From NCBI GenBank assembly GCA_050950285.1, contig JBMNHG010000008.1:124001-188000 (forward strand): 64,000 nucleotides of DNA, read 5' to 3'. A program made the translations under genes and the position numbers. Under the pieces are notes generated by a model. The model worked only from the letters and a program-made list of their open reading frames with translations. It had not been told where the DNA came from and did not search any database. Shown piece after piece: positions 10,901 through 20,332 of the stretch (positions are counted from its first letter, which is position 1; the number at the start of each line of letters is the position of its first letter). This DNA is from Kiritimatiellia bacterium. Lineage in GTDB: Bacteria > Verrucomicrobiota > Kiritimatiellia > RFP12 > JBMNHG01.

Positions 10901-13900
10901 CGCGCGCAGGCGCGTTCCCAGAGCGATCCAAGCGTTGTGTCCGAGTGGTCGGAGCCCATTGCGGTCGCCATTTCCGATACCCGCATCCTTTCTCTCGGGG
11001 CCGTGGATCTGGGGCCCTTCACGCTAGTGATCACGAACGAGGTGGGACGGACGAACCTTCGTGTGAACAACACGGGCACGGGTCCGCTTTCGGTGACGAA
11101 CATCGTCTTCGATCCGGTGTTGGTCTTCGCGGCTTCCCCCACCAATTTCGTCGTGGCGCCCGGCGGGTTCCAGGACGTCGAGCTGACCTTCTCCCCCACG
11201 GTGGCCGGCGACTACGAGAGCACGCTGACCGTGCTTTCGGACAAGACCTCCGGCACGGACACCCTCCCAATCACGGCGGATTCCACGGACAAGGAGGAGA
11301 TCACGACGCCGGAGCTGACGACGGACGTGGGCTGGTACGGCACCACCAACCAGGCCATCCGCTTCATCGCCACGGCGGAGACCTCCTTTGCGCCTGTCGG
11401 CCACACGCTGGTCTACCAGTTCGACTGGGACGACGACGGAATGTCCGGCTGGCTCGACAACGGGACCCAGACCCATGCGTGGGCCACCTTCGGCAGCCGT
11501 ACGGTGGAGGTGCAGGCGCGTTGCGCGACGGATCCGGTCTTCTCTGAAAAGACGAGCGTGCTCGTCGCCATCCTCGACAACCTCAACGTCGCCATCGGGA
11601 ACGCCCTGAACGGCCAGCCGGTGGCCGTGGCCGTGACGATTCCCGAGACCAACGGCGTGGCGACCGCCTGCGCGATCTGCGTGAGACCCGCAGGCTCCAC
11701 CGCCACCGACATCCAGCGGATTCCGCTGGAGGACAATGGGGACGGGACGTGGTCCGGCACGATTCCGTCGCTGGGCGCGGGCGCGCTGGAATACTTCGTG
11801 GACTACTCCCTGCAGGGCATCGAGGGTCCTATCCTGTGGCCCTACGACGGCTCGACGAGGCAGGCGATGGTTTCGGACGATCTCGGAGAGGTCCGCTTCG
11901 CCGATTTCTCCTCCTGGGCGTCCGACCCCGATTCGTTGTGGAACTACTACGGATCAAGAACGACCTACACGAACTGGTTCCGCCTGGTGGACGGCGGAAC
12001 CAACCGGTGGTTTGGTTGCGGCGGCCTCGTCGCGAATCAGGTCGCCGACCCCTACAAGCCGAACGGATTTGACGGCGACCGCTACTACTTCCGCTCCATC
12101 CAGGGCGCCTACCTGCGCTCCCCCCGCCTGGATGGGGGCGTCGGCACCATCTACTTCACCTCCGTGGTCCGCGACGTGGGTCATCCGGTGACCCTGGATA
12201 TCCAGGTGACGACCGCGCAGAACCCGGACACCGCGCGCTGGGAGACGGTCAAGACGGTGGAATACACGGGCGAAGCGAACTTCCAGCACGCCGAACCGGT
12301 GCTGGTGAACCGTCGCGACGTCACCTACGTGCGCTTCGTCCGGACAAGCCTGAACACCAGCGATGACAGCAATAATCTGGTGGCCGGAGCGCTTGCCATG
12401 GAAAATGTGGCCATCTCCTATCCCCCGTCCGATGCCGTCATCACGGAAGAGTACCTGCCCAAGCCGGGTTATCCTTCCCTGGACGAGGCGATCACGGTGC
12501 GTTGCCGGGTGACGGACGTGGACGCCGGCTATCCCGCGATCAACCGCCGGGTCACGGTGTGGTACCGCCTGAAGAAGGATGGTTATTCCGCGGGCCCGTG
12601 GCAGTCCGCGCCGATGGCGGAGATCGCTCCGGACGTGTACGAGGGCGAGATCCCCCAACAGGATCCGGGCCGCGTCTACTACTACTACCGGTGCGACTTC
12701 GACGGATACCACTACATCCGGGATCCCGACGGAAGCGGGGCGGAGCCGGCGAACGACGAGGACATGAGCCCGGCGTACGGCTACACCGAAGAAGATGCCG
12801 CCGGCAACATCTACTACAACTTCCCCGTTCGGCTCTTCCTCTCCGACTGCGAATACCTCAGCATCGAGTCTCCGTCCATCCGCGAAGACCTGCGCCGGAT
12901 GAGCCTGGTGGACGACTACACCTGGCAGGGCATCGTGAGCGTGTCCGGCGTGACGAATCTCCTGTGGACCTTCCAGGGGATCAACGGCTACACGGACGAC
13001 GCCGTCGCCTTCGAGGAGGCGAACCGCATCTGGGGCGAGGAGGACCAGGATTTCCCGTATCCGCCGATCGCGGGCGTGTCGGAATACGCCGTGACCAACG
13101 AAATCCAGGCCCTGCTGGAGTACGATGGCTTCCTGTTGCTGCGTATCACCACGACGAACGGCGACTACATCGTGAAGCGCGCCGTGTACCAGGACTTCAA
13201 CACCTGGCAGGCCGACGACTCCCACTTCGAGGAGAGCCTCGGCAAGTTCTCCGTGCAGACCTTCCAGGACGACGTCAACCTCTGGGGCGCGGACGGCTAC
13301 ACGGGCGACGCATACCAGGACGAGACCTTCCAGAACGACGCCGTCATGGAGAATTACGTGGCCGTTCCGACCACCACGGACATGAAGTGGACGATGGAGC
13401 AGGCCCAGGTGGTCGCCGAGCGCCGCACCAATTCGACGGTGGCCGCAAACCACGCATTGCGGTTGAACCAAGCGGCGGCAGGACGCATCGGGAACAGCGG
13501 GCTCTCGCTGACCGAGGGTGTCGAGAAGTTCACCTTCCAGGCCCGCGCCTCGATCAACGACGACTACTACCTGCTGTACAAGAAGCCGGCCGCCATGGCG
13601 TGGACGCTCCCCATGGCCATCACCACCAAGATCCGCGCCTCGCAGCTCTCGAACGCGAAGGCCTACGTGTCGGTGATCGCCTGCTTCCAGCCCGGCTTCT
13701 TCACGGCGGGTTCGTTCTACGAGGTCCGCCTGATGCAGGACGACGACGCGGGCAACGGCACCCAGGCCCGTCTCCGGCTCGCGCTCTATCGCTGGGACGA
13801 CGGCGTCCCGACCTTCATCGGCCAGGGGAACCCCTTCCCCGGCCACCTCGACGCCGTCGCCTCCGAGATGGTCGTCAACCTCGCCAGGAACGATGGCGAC

Positions 13901-16900
13901 ACCGCCGTCGAGGCGACCGTGTCGTACTCCGGGCAGAACATCACCTTCACGGACAGCAGCGCCAGCCGCCTCACCGGCGGATCCATCGGCTTCCGGTGCT
14001 TCGACGCCGTGCCGGTGGTCTCCGCCCTCAAGGTGATGCAGGGCAGCACGACCCTCTTCGCGAACGTCACGGACTTCTCGACGCAGATCACGGCCTCCGA
14101 CTGGTACTGGGGCGGCCAGCGTGCGGACAACGGCGTGAATCGCTGGGTCGTCTCCGGGAAGACCCTCACGCGCCCGGTCGCCACGCAGACGCTCCAGGCG
14201 TACATCGCCCCTGCGGATGGCAGCGACCATGCCGACTACGAGAAGTTCGTGGCGGTGGGCGATCCGTTCTCCGTGACTTCGCTCAGGTACGGGGCCTTCT
14301 CGATGGAGCCCAAGCGCTGGGACGAGTCCTTCGTGCAGTTGCGCCTCCTCGAGGGCGACGTGCCCGTGGTGGTGGACAACCTCAGGCTCCTGCCGTGGCG
14401 GGCGGTCACGCGCGACGCCGAGAACATCACCGTTCCCGAGGAGGCCGGCGTGCCGTACGAGGACTGGGACGACTGGCTCACGCAACAGTACCGCTGGGTC
14501 CGCGACGTCGGGGGATGGGCGGTTCTCGAAGGCTGGGTCGGCCGTTCCGCCGGCTCGACCGGCAACGAGATCCAGTTCGACCGCTCCCGCGCGAACACCA
14601 ACCTCGTCCAGGCGCTAGTCTCGCCGGTGATGACCAACGGCATCGGCTCGATCGCCTTCGACTACCGAACCTCCGGCGGCCCCGTGCACTTCGCCATCGA
14701 GCGGAGCAACGAGGGCGACCCCGCCTCCTACACGGAAGTGACGAACGCCGTGGTCGAAGCCGCGACCGCCACCCGGTACTCCGTGACCATCCGCGAGACC
14801 TACAACGGCCGCATCCGCGTGCGCATCCTCGACGATACCGCTCCGGGCGCGACCCTGAAGCTCGACAACCTCGTCGCTCGCGACTACCCGCCGCGCGACG
14901 AGTCCGACTGGGTCGCCTACAACGTGCTGGTCACCAGCCGGCAGGCCTCGCGCCTCTACGAGGGCCAGAGCTGCTACCTGAACAACAGCCCCACCCGCGA
15001 CGTCGTCGGCGGCGCCCTCGACGAATGGGCTCCGTACGTGCAGACTCCGAAGGTCACTACCGGCATCGGCGAAATCGGCTTCTGGTGCCGCGTCTGGGAC
15101 ATCGGCGGCACGGGCGAACTCGAACTGCGCGTGTGCAGGGAGGTCGACGACGAAGAGGATTCCTTCCTCACCAACCTCGTGGTCACCAGCAGCTCCTTCG
15201 AATACATCCAGATCGAGCCCTACGACATCGAGAACATGGTGCTCCGCATCTACTCCTCGACCAACGCCGGGATGTCCCGCGTGTGCATCGACGAGGTCGT
15301 GATGACCGAACCGGTGCGCGCCGGCTACGAGATCTTCGACGTCAGGCTCCTGCTCGACGACGTCGCCTCGCAGCAGCCGCTCCACACCGACCGCGTGGGC
15401 GTCGAGGCCCGGATCGGCCGCTTCCTGATGAACCCGCAGGACATCCGCCTCTACGTGAGCTACTTCGTGGGCACGAACAGCTGGGGCGTCTCCAACTGGC
15501 GCGGCTACGAGCTCGACCCCGCCCAGGGGTGCGCCACGCTGCCGATGGCCGTGGACGACCAGGACGACACGCTCTACCGCACGACCGCCCGGATCCCCGC
15601 GCAGGCGATCGACCAGGTGGTCCAGTATGTGGTCTGGGGCACCTACGAGGGCATCGAGGGCCGGCCGGTCCTCATGGAGAAGCCCTCCGAGAACGACTAT
15701 GCCGGGCGCTGGACGAACCCCGAATGGTACTATCCGGTCGACCTGAACGCAGGCCGGAACGACTGGTCGCCCTACTACTTCTCGTACTCCTGCCCGCCCG
15801 GCGGCGTCTGGATCAACGAGTTCAACTACCCGGTGAAGATCTCCTCCGAAGCCGGCAACGAGTACGTCGAGCTCATCGGCAACACCGGCTTCGACATCGG
15901 CAACTGGCGGATCGAGGTCGTCGCGCCGTACGAAAGCATGACGGATCTCTACCGCGCGGCGGACATCCCCGCCGGCACCGTCCTCCGCGAGGACGTCCTC
16001 ACCGAGGAGGAGATCGAGTGGGGCTACGCCGACTACTTCGACGTAGACAACGACGGCTGGTCGTATTTCGTCTGGGGCGACCAGGGGATGTGGCCCGAGG
16101 CCGACCTCGAGAACGACGACGACACCACCTACCTGCTCCCGCAGAACGGCGGAATCCGCCTGATCCGCAGCATGGGCGCCTACGAGCATTCGATCGCCTA
16201 CGGCCCGGGCGACCTGGCGAAGCAGCTCGCCGACTACGGCTACACCTACATCGGCTACAAGTTTACGCTGCCGCCGGTCGAATCCCCCCTGCAGCTGCAG
16301 GGTGACGGAACGTCGGTCACGAACTTCTACTGGTACCAGCCCTCCAGCTACACCTACTCGCCAGGGCGGATCAACGTCGACCAGAGCCTGTCGAACGTGG
16401 TCGTGGTCACCACCAAGTACCGCATCTACTCGGTGATCAACACGTTCGGCGCGCATCTCCTGGAGCTGAACGACGAGGCCACCGCCTATCCGGGCGAGGA
16501 GGGCCTCGAGGTGGAGGAGGGCGACAAGGTCGCGATCACCTACACGGCCAAGCCCTGGTGCCGCATCGAGTCGCTCGGGAAGGACGGCGTGGAAGAGGAG
16601 GCCGCCGCCGGCGTGCGGAGCTACATGGTCACCTTCCGCGACATCCGCCAGGACCACAGCAACAACGTGGTCTTCGCGCTGAACCCGGACTGCCGCGTGG
16701 AGGGCATTTCCGACACGACGATGCAGTCCTGGCTGGCGGGCAAGTACGCCGAAGCCAGACCCTTCGATACCGATGGGTACGGTCTCTACGTCGAATACGC
16801 GCTCGACATGGATCCGACGGTCAACAACAGCCTTGCGCTGTCCATCACGGCGCTGGAGCTGGACGCGACGGGCCGTGCGGTTGTGGACTTCGTGCTCCTC

Positions 16901-17113
16901 GACGGCGCGACGCCGCTTACGGCGGTGCATCCGCCGGTGGTGGCCGGCGAGTTCCTCCAGGTGCAATCCGCGCAGTCGCTCTCCAATCCCGACTGGCAGG
17001 CGGTCGGCGACGGCACGCTGTCGTACGTGGCCATGGACGGTGTCTGGCGCTGGACCTCGAACGCGGCGCTTCCGGGCAACCCGTACCTCCGCGTGAGGAT
17101 TGAAAACCCGTAG
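7910..17113 (+). CDS. Giant (~3070 aa) secreted modular surface protein: duplicated N-terminal module, four Ig-like/PKD-like pairs, lamin-tail-like domain
   Basis: GGAGGTG RBS then ATG 7910; signal peptide; repeated NTG..LTV..VTF(A/S)P..SD and Y(R/Q)FDW(G/D) motifs; VWINEFNY..EYVELIGN..IGNW lamin-tail-like motif; consistent high-GC3 frame. Confidence 0.85.
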   Translation: MVKIRTRVRRRASGIACLVLAAWAVSASAGVSLLGLAQDPAGTTIPNGVPLSVSITAAPDAGESVVSVGLVYRTLAAGAAQGWHTNAMALAEGSTWTGVVPRLPAGNAEYFVTAETDLGSTAATAATPFTVDGELGEARFTDFTAWASMPDSAWTYKGTRVTYTNWNCSIAGGTDQWLAIGAKIASIISDYRKPDGHESSRLYLRNILGAQLISPVLEGGVGTIYYTSCIRDFDASGSVDIQVTTSPTVENAVWETVHTILYTDGQYAEPVPVNRADVRRVRIFRTDGETDPGGQTTELIVGAIVFDNVALSYPPASLGAVQTSVTPPEPDITTPVTVAIDVVPANGATPVLDPAATLSYKPAASTNWTTAAATMAGDQGTVALGLLAEGVYDYFFTVAFDGAAYARDPDGAAGIQPTVDESLSPQTTATNQFTVNTQNTRILALSGDLDFGMVATNASLTLDLVLSNTGNASLTVEEISLPDGYTAVPMAFVIPPSGVVTAKVTFAPAIIQNYDGTLTAVSDMTAGNDTVSLFGNGREAQVITIQPVTGPAAGVRTEALSFSTQAADNYDGTLEYRFDWGDASTSAWAAASSQSHAWGTTGTFSVRAQARSGETLLESAWTAAHSLSITNTRILRLSGDLTGSTLAFGNVQLTKSATKTLRVSNDGTGPIEVTAIAVPAAFAVDVQAFTLQAGGSTNVLVTFAPAVLGEASGTLAITSDALSGVSECTVAGTGIETEFVSTPDAPAGPDGAVRTRFVEFTAYATNLYGHTVRYRFDWGDASTSEWSRAASQQHPWAETGEFHVRAQAQCEDHPEVISEWSAPSTISITNVITSSVSGSLAFGSVATNATKVLPLTVYNTGTAPLTVTAVDCPVGYTATPSAFVLGVGSNQAVTVTFAPGALGEYNGVITVFSDAMNGNDTVNVTGKGIEAEMIFGIAVTGPSEGIRTKTVSFFNASASNNWSRVMQYRFDWGNGATSVWGQARTSYAWQETGVFQVRAQARSQSDPSVVSEWSEPIAVAISDTRILSLGAVDLGPFTLVITNEVGRTNLRVNNTGTGPLSVTNIVFDPVLVFAASPTNFVVAPGGFQDVELTFSPTVAGDYESTLTVLSDKTSGTDTLPITADSTDKEEITTPELTTDVGWYGTTNQAIRFIATAETSFAPVGHTLVYQFDWDDDGMSGWLDNGTQTHAWATFGSRTVEVQARCATDPVFSEKTSVLVAILDNLNVAIGNALNGQPVAVAVTIPETNGVATACAICVRPAGSTATDIQRIPLEDNGDGTWSGTIPSLGAGALEYFVDYSLQGIEGPILWPYDGSTRQAMVSDDLGEVRFADFSSWASDPDSLWNYYGSRTTYTNWFRLVDGGTNRWFGCGGLVANQVADPYKPNGFDGDRYYFRSIQGAYLRSPRLDGGVGTIYFTSVVRDVGHPVTLDIQVTTAQNPDTARWETVKTVEYTGEANFQHAEPVLVNRRDVTYVRFVRTSLNTSDDSNNLVAGALAMENVAISYPPSDAVITEEYLPKPGYPSLDEAITVRCRVTDVDAGYPAINRRVTVWYRLKKDGYSAGPWQSAPMAEIAPDVYEGEIPQQDPGRVYYYYRCDFDGYHYIRDPDGSGAEPANDEDMSPAYGYTEEDAAGNIYYNFPVRLFLSDCEYLSIESPSIREDLRRMSLVDDYTWQGIVSVSGVTNLLWTFQGINGYTDDAVAFEEANRIWGEEDQDFPYPPIAGVSEYAVTNEIQALLEYDGFLLLRITTTNGDYIVKRAVYQDFNTWQADDSHFEESLGKFSVQTFQDDVNLWGADGYTGDAYQDETFQNDAVMENYVAVPTTTDMKWTMEQAQVVAERRTNSTVAANHALRLNQAAAGRIGNSGLSLTEGVEKFTFQARASINDDYYLLYKKPAAMAWTLPMAITTKIRASQLSNAKAYVSVIACFQPGFFTAGSFYEVRLMQDDDAGNGTQARLRLALYRWDDGVPTFIGQGNPFPGHLDAVASEMVVNLARNDGDTAVEATVSYSGQNITFTDSSASRLTGGSIGFRCFDAVPVVSALKVMQGSTTLFANVTDFSTQITASDWYWGGQRADNGVNRWVVSGKTLTRPVATQTLQAYIAPADGSDHADYEKFVAVGDPFSVTSLRYGAFSMEPKRWDESFVQLRLLEGDVPVVVDNLRLLPWRAVTRDAENITVPEEAGVPYEDWDDWLTQQYRWVRDVGGWAVLEGWVGRSAGSTGNEIQFDRSRANTNLVQALVSPVMTNGIGSIAFDYRTSGGPVHFAIERSNEGDPASYTEVTNAVVEAATATRYSVTIRETYNGRIRVRILDDTAPGATLKLDNLVARDYPPRDESDWVAYNVLVTSRQASRLYEGQSCYLNNSPTRDVVGGALDEWAPYVQTPKVTTGIGEIGFWCRVWDIGGTGELELRVCREVDDEEDSFLTNLVVTSSSFEYIQIEPYDIENMVLRIYSSTNAGMSRVCIDEVVMTEPVRAGYEIFDVRLLLDDVASQQPLHTDRVGVEARIGRFLMNPQDIRLYVSYFVGTNSWGVSNWRGYELDPAQGCATLPMAVDDQDDTLYRTTARIPAQAIDQVVQYVVWGTYEGIEGRPVLMEKPSENDYAGRWTNPEWYYPVDLNAGRNDWSPYYFSYSCPPGGVWINEFNYPVKISSEAGNEYVELIGNTGFDIGNWRIEVVAPYESMTDLYRAADIPAGTVLREDVLTEEEIEWGYADYFDVDNDGWSYFVWGDQGMWPEADLENDDDTTYLLPQNGGIRLIRSMGAYEHSIAYGPGDLAKQLADYGYTYIGYKFTLPPVESPLQLQGDGTSVTNFYWYQPSSYTYSPGRINVDQSLSNVVVVTTKYRIYSVINTFGAHLLELNDEATAYPGEEGLEVEEGDKVAITYTAKPWCRIESLGKDGVEEEAAAGVRSYMVTFRDIRQDHSNNVVFALNPDCRVEGISDTTMQSWLAGKYAEARPFDTDGYGLYVEYALDMDPTVNNSLALSITALELDATGRAVVDFVLLDGATPLTAVHPPVVAGEFLQVQSAQSLSNPDWQAVGDGTLSYVAMDGVWRWTSNAALPGNPYLRVRIENP

Positions 17114-17140
17114 GGGCGGGAGGCCGCTCCGCGGACGAAG

Positions 17141-17171
17141 GCGGCGCGCCGTTTTTCCAGCGGCGCGCCGC
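17141..17171 (+). terminator. Hairpin, possible terminator
   Basis: 11-bp stem GCGGCGCGCCG / CGGCGCGCCGC 28 bp after the stop; weak U-tract. Confidence 0.4.
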
Positions 17172-17221
17172 TTCCCTTCCTCTGGCGGGGCGTTCCGTCA
17201 GCTTTGTGTTCCACTTGTCCC

Positions 17222-17842
17222 ATGGCTACCCACGTTGAACATTCCAAGCGCAGGAAGGAGATTCTCCAACGGGCCGTCTCGGTCTTCGAGACGGAAGGCT
17301 ATGCGGGCACGACCTTCCAGAAGATCGCCGATGCCTGCGGGATCAGCCGCACGATTCTCTACCTGTACTACCCGAACAAGAAGGCGATCTTTCGAGGCGC
17401 GATCCAGGCGGCGCGAGACCGGATAGCCCAGGACCTCGCCGCAGCCTGCTCGGTGCCGGGCCGCACCGCCTCGGAGCGCCTCGAAGCGGCGATGGACAGC
17501 CTTTTCGACGCTCTCGGAGCAAACGAACGCCTGCTCCGCACCGCCCACGAATACCTGATATTGCTTGCGCGCGACGTCGGCGCGGGACGCCCCAGCCTCC
17601 GATTCCGCGCGCAGACGGCCTCCACGCGCCGTGTCCTTCGCCAGCTGGTCGCGGACGTCGTGGCGTCTGGCGAATTCCATCCCGAATGCAACCCCAAGGC
17701 CATCGAAGGCATCCTGTTCGCCCTTTTGGAGACCGCCGGACTCCGCCTCGCCCTCCTCGGTGAAACCGAGAACGCGGATCTCCGCGAATCCGTCCACGAA
17801 CTCGTCCTCCGCCTCTCCGTGCATCCGGCACCCCCTTCGTGA
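17222..17842 (+). CDS. TetR/AcrR-family transcriptional regulator
   Basis: N-terminal HTH RKEILQRAVSVFETEGYAGTTFQKIADACGISRTILYLYYPNK. Confidence 0.9.
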   Translation: MATHVEHSKRRKEILQRAVSVFETEGYAGTTFQKIADACGISRTILYLYYPNKKAIFRGAIQAARDRIAQDLAAACSVPGRTASERLEAAMDSLFDALGANERLLRTAHEYLILLARDVGAGRPSLRFRAQTASTRRVLRQLVADVVASGEFHPECNPKAIEGILFALLETAGLRLALLGETENADLRESVHELVLRLSVHPAPPS

Positions 17843-17973
17843 ACATGGCGGACGGACTTGCTGCCGCCCCGGATTTGCTTGCAACACCCCTGCGAAACAG
17901 GGATGATGCATCGTTCATCCCCTTTTCCCCACCCGGCCGCCATTCCACGGCGGCCACACCCCAAGGACCTTCC

Positions 17974-19563
17974 ATGGCCGACAAGCCCGCCAACCCGCTC
18001 GAAACCATCGCCGCGCTCTGCAAGCGCCGGGGTTTCATCTTCCCCAGCTCCGAACTCTACGGAGGCATCAACGGTTTCTGGGATTACGGACCCCTCGGCT
18101 GCGAACTCAAACGCAACATCCGCGACGCCTGGTGGAACTTCATGGTGCGCGACCGCGAGGATGTCGTGGGCCTTGACGCCACGATCATCATGAACCCCGC
18201 CATCTGGCGCGCCTCCGGCCATGCGGACACCTTCGCCGACCCGATGGTCGACTGCCGCAACTGCAAGAAACGCCACCGTGCCGACCAGCTCTGCGAGGAG
18301 CAGGGCAGGAAGCTGATCGTCGAGGGCAAGACGATGCGGATTCCCGAGGATGTCGTCTGCTCCGCCTGCGGCTCGAAGAACCTCACCGAACCCAAGGCCT
18401 TCAACCTGATGTTCAAGACCTACGTGGGGCCCGTCGAGGACGAGGGTGCCGCGGCGTGGTTGCGCCCCGAGACCGCCCAGGCGATTTTCGTGCAGTTCGG
18501 CAACGTGGCCAGTTCGACCCGCGTGCAGGTGCCCTTCGGCATCGCGCAGTCCGGCAAGAGCTTCCGCAACGAGATCACCCCGCGCAACTACACCTTCCGC
18601 TCGCGCGAGTTCGAGCAGATGGAACTGGAATTCTTCATCCGGCCCGACGAGGCGGTCGAACTGATCTGCGGTCGCGTGGCCACGATGGCGGACCATCCCG
18701 ACCTCCACGGCGACCCGCAGCCCGACTGGGGCTGGGAGGTCTGGCTCCGCTACTGGATCGAGCAGCGCCGCATCTGGTACCGCTCCATCGGCTTGCCCGA
18801 CGCCTCCCTCGTCGAGTACTGGCAAACCCCCGAGGAACTCGCCCACTACGCCCGCGCCTGCGTGGACATCGAATACGCCTTCCCCTTCGGCGTGCAGGAG
18901 CTCGAAGGCATCGCCGCCCGCTCGGACTTCGACCTCTTGCAGCACCAGATCCACTCCGGCAAGTCGCAGGCGGTCTTCGACGAAACCCTCCGCGCCGCCG
19001 CCGCCGCCCTCGACGAAGCCGCGAAGGAGGCCTTCCGCGCGAAGGTCGTGGCCGAATGGCAGTCCCGCGGAAAGACCGCCGAAGCCGCCAACGCCTTCCT
19101 CGACGAGCTTTTCCAGGGCCGCTACATCCCGCATGTGGTCGAGCCTTCGATCGGCACCGACCGCCTCGCCCTTGCGCTGGTCTGCAACGCCTACGCCGAG
19201 GAAACGCTCGCCGACGGGAAGGGCGGGCAGGACACGCGCGTCGTCCTGCGTTTCAGTCCCAAGGTCGCCCCCGTGAAGGTCGCCGTCTTCCCGCTCGTGA
19301 AGAACAAGCCCGAACTGTATGGCAAGGCCCGCGAAGTCTTCCAAAGCCTGAAGAAGCGCTGGAACTGCTTCTGGGACGAATCCGGCGCCATCGGCCGCCG
19401 CTACCGCCGCCAGGACGAAATCGGCACGCCCTTCTGCGTGACGGTCGACTTCCAGACCCTCGAAGACGATACGGTGACCCTCCGCGACCGCGACACCATG
19501 CAGCAGGAACGCATCTCCCTCGACGCCCTTCGTGCACGGCTGGACGACCTGATCCTCGGCTAG
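17974..19563 (+). CDS. glyQS: Glycine--tRNA ligase (alpha2 type)
   Basis: LCKRRGFIFPSSELYGG, WDYGPLG, LRPETAQ, FRNEITP, REFEQME, IGRRYRRQDEIGTPFCVTVD. Confidence 0.96.
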   Translation: MADKPANPLETIAALCKRRGFIFPSSELYGGINGFWDYGPLGCELKRNIRDAWWNFMVRDREDVVGLDATIIMNPAIWRASGHADTFADPMVDCRNCKKRHRADQLCEEQGRKLIVEGKTMRIPEDVVCSACGSKNLTEPKAFNLMFKTYVGPVEDEGAAAWLRPETAQAIFVQFGNVASSTRVQVPFGIAQSGKSFRNEITPRNYTFRSREFEQMELEFFIRPDEAVELICGRVATMADHPDLHGDPQPDWGWEVWLRYWIEQRRIWYRSIGLPDASLVEYWQTPEELAHYARACVDIEYAFPFGVQELEGIAARSDFDLLQHQIHSGKSQAVFDETLRAAAAALDEAAKEAFRAKVVAEWQSRGKTAEAANAFLDELFQGRYIPHVVEPSIGTDRLALALVCNAYAEETLADGKGGQDTRVVLRFSPKVAPVKVAVFPLVKNKPELYGKAREVFQSLKKRWNCFWDESGAIGRRYRRQDEIGTPFCVTVDFQTLEDDTVTLRDRDTMQQERISLDALRARLDDLILG

Positions 19564-19577
19564 GCCGCCCATCGCCC

Positions 19578-20327
19578 ATGAAAGATGCGACCCCAGATTT
19601 CTCGGTGACGGGAGCCCTTTTCCCGCCTATCCATCCGGAAGGCATCCGCTTCGGCGCCGTCGCGATCGTTCTCGCCCTGTTGCTGACGGTTCCGCCGGCG
19701 ATTCTCTGCGCCCTGCGGGGCCATCCGATGGCTGCGGGCATCTTCGCCGCCCTGGCCCTCCCGCTCCTTCTGTCGGCCTGCGGGGTGTTCCTCTTCTTCC
19801 GCGACCCGGAGCGCTTTCCGCCCGAGGACGACCCGCTCGCCCTGTTGAGCCCGGCGGACGGACGCGTGTGCCGGATGCGTCGCATCCCCCTCCCGCCGCA
19901 GATCGCCGACGAGGCGTCGAAGGCGGCCGGGGACGTCTGGTGCGTCTCCGTCTTCATGAGCGTGACGAACGTGCATGTGAACCGCGCCCCCGCCGCCGCC
20001 CGTGTCGTCCGCCGCGCCTACGTGCCGGGCAAGTTCGTGAACGCGTCGCTGGACAAGGCGAGCGAAGACAACGAGCGTTGCCTGTACCTGATGGAGACCC
20101 CGGACGGCAGCCGCTTCGGCGTGGTCCAGATTGCCGGGCTCGTGGCCCGCCGCATCGTCTCGTTCGCGGAGGAAGGAACCGAACTCGCCCGTGCCGAACG
20201 CTTTGGACTGATCCGCTTCGGCAGCCGCCTCGACGTCTACCTCCCGCCTGGAATCCGGCCCGAGGTGGGCATCGGCCAAACGATGGTGGCCGGCGAAACC
20301 GTTCTCGCCCATCTCCCGGAGGCCTAG
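19578..20327 (+). CDS. psd: Phosphatidylserine decarboxylase proenzyme
   Basis: FFRDPER, SPADG, HVNRAP, QIAGLVARRI, IRFGSRLD self-cleavage motif; adjacent to pssA. Confidence 0.93.
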   Translation: MKDATPDFSVTGALFPPIHPEGIRFGAVAIVLALLLTVPPAILCALRGHPMAAGIFAALALPLLLSACGVFLFFRDPERFPPEDDPLALLSPADGRVCRMRRIPLPPQIADEASKAAGDVWCVSVFMSVTNVHVNRAPAAARVVRRAYVPGKFVNASLDKASEDNERCLYLMETPDGSRFGVVQIAGLVARRIVSFAEEGTELARAERFGLIRFGSRLDVYLPPGIRPEVGIGQTMVAGETVLAHLPEA

Positions 20328-20332
20328 CCCCC

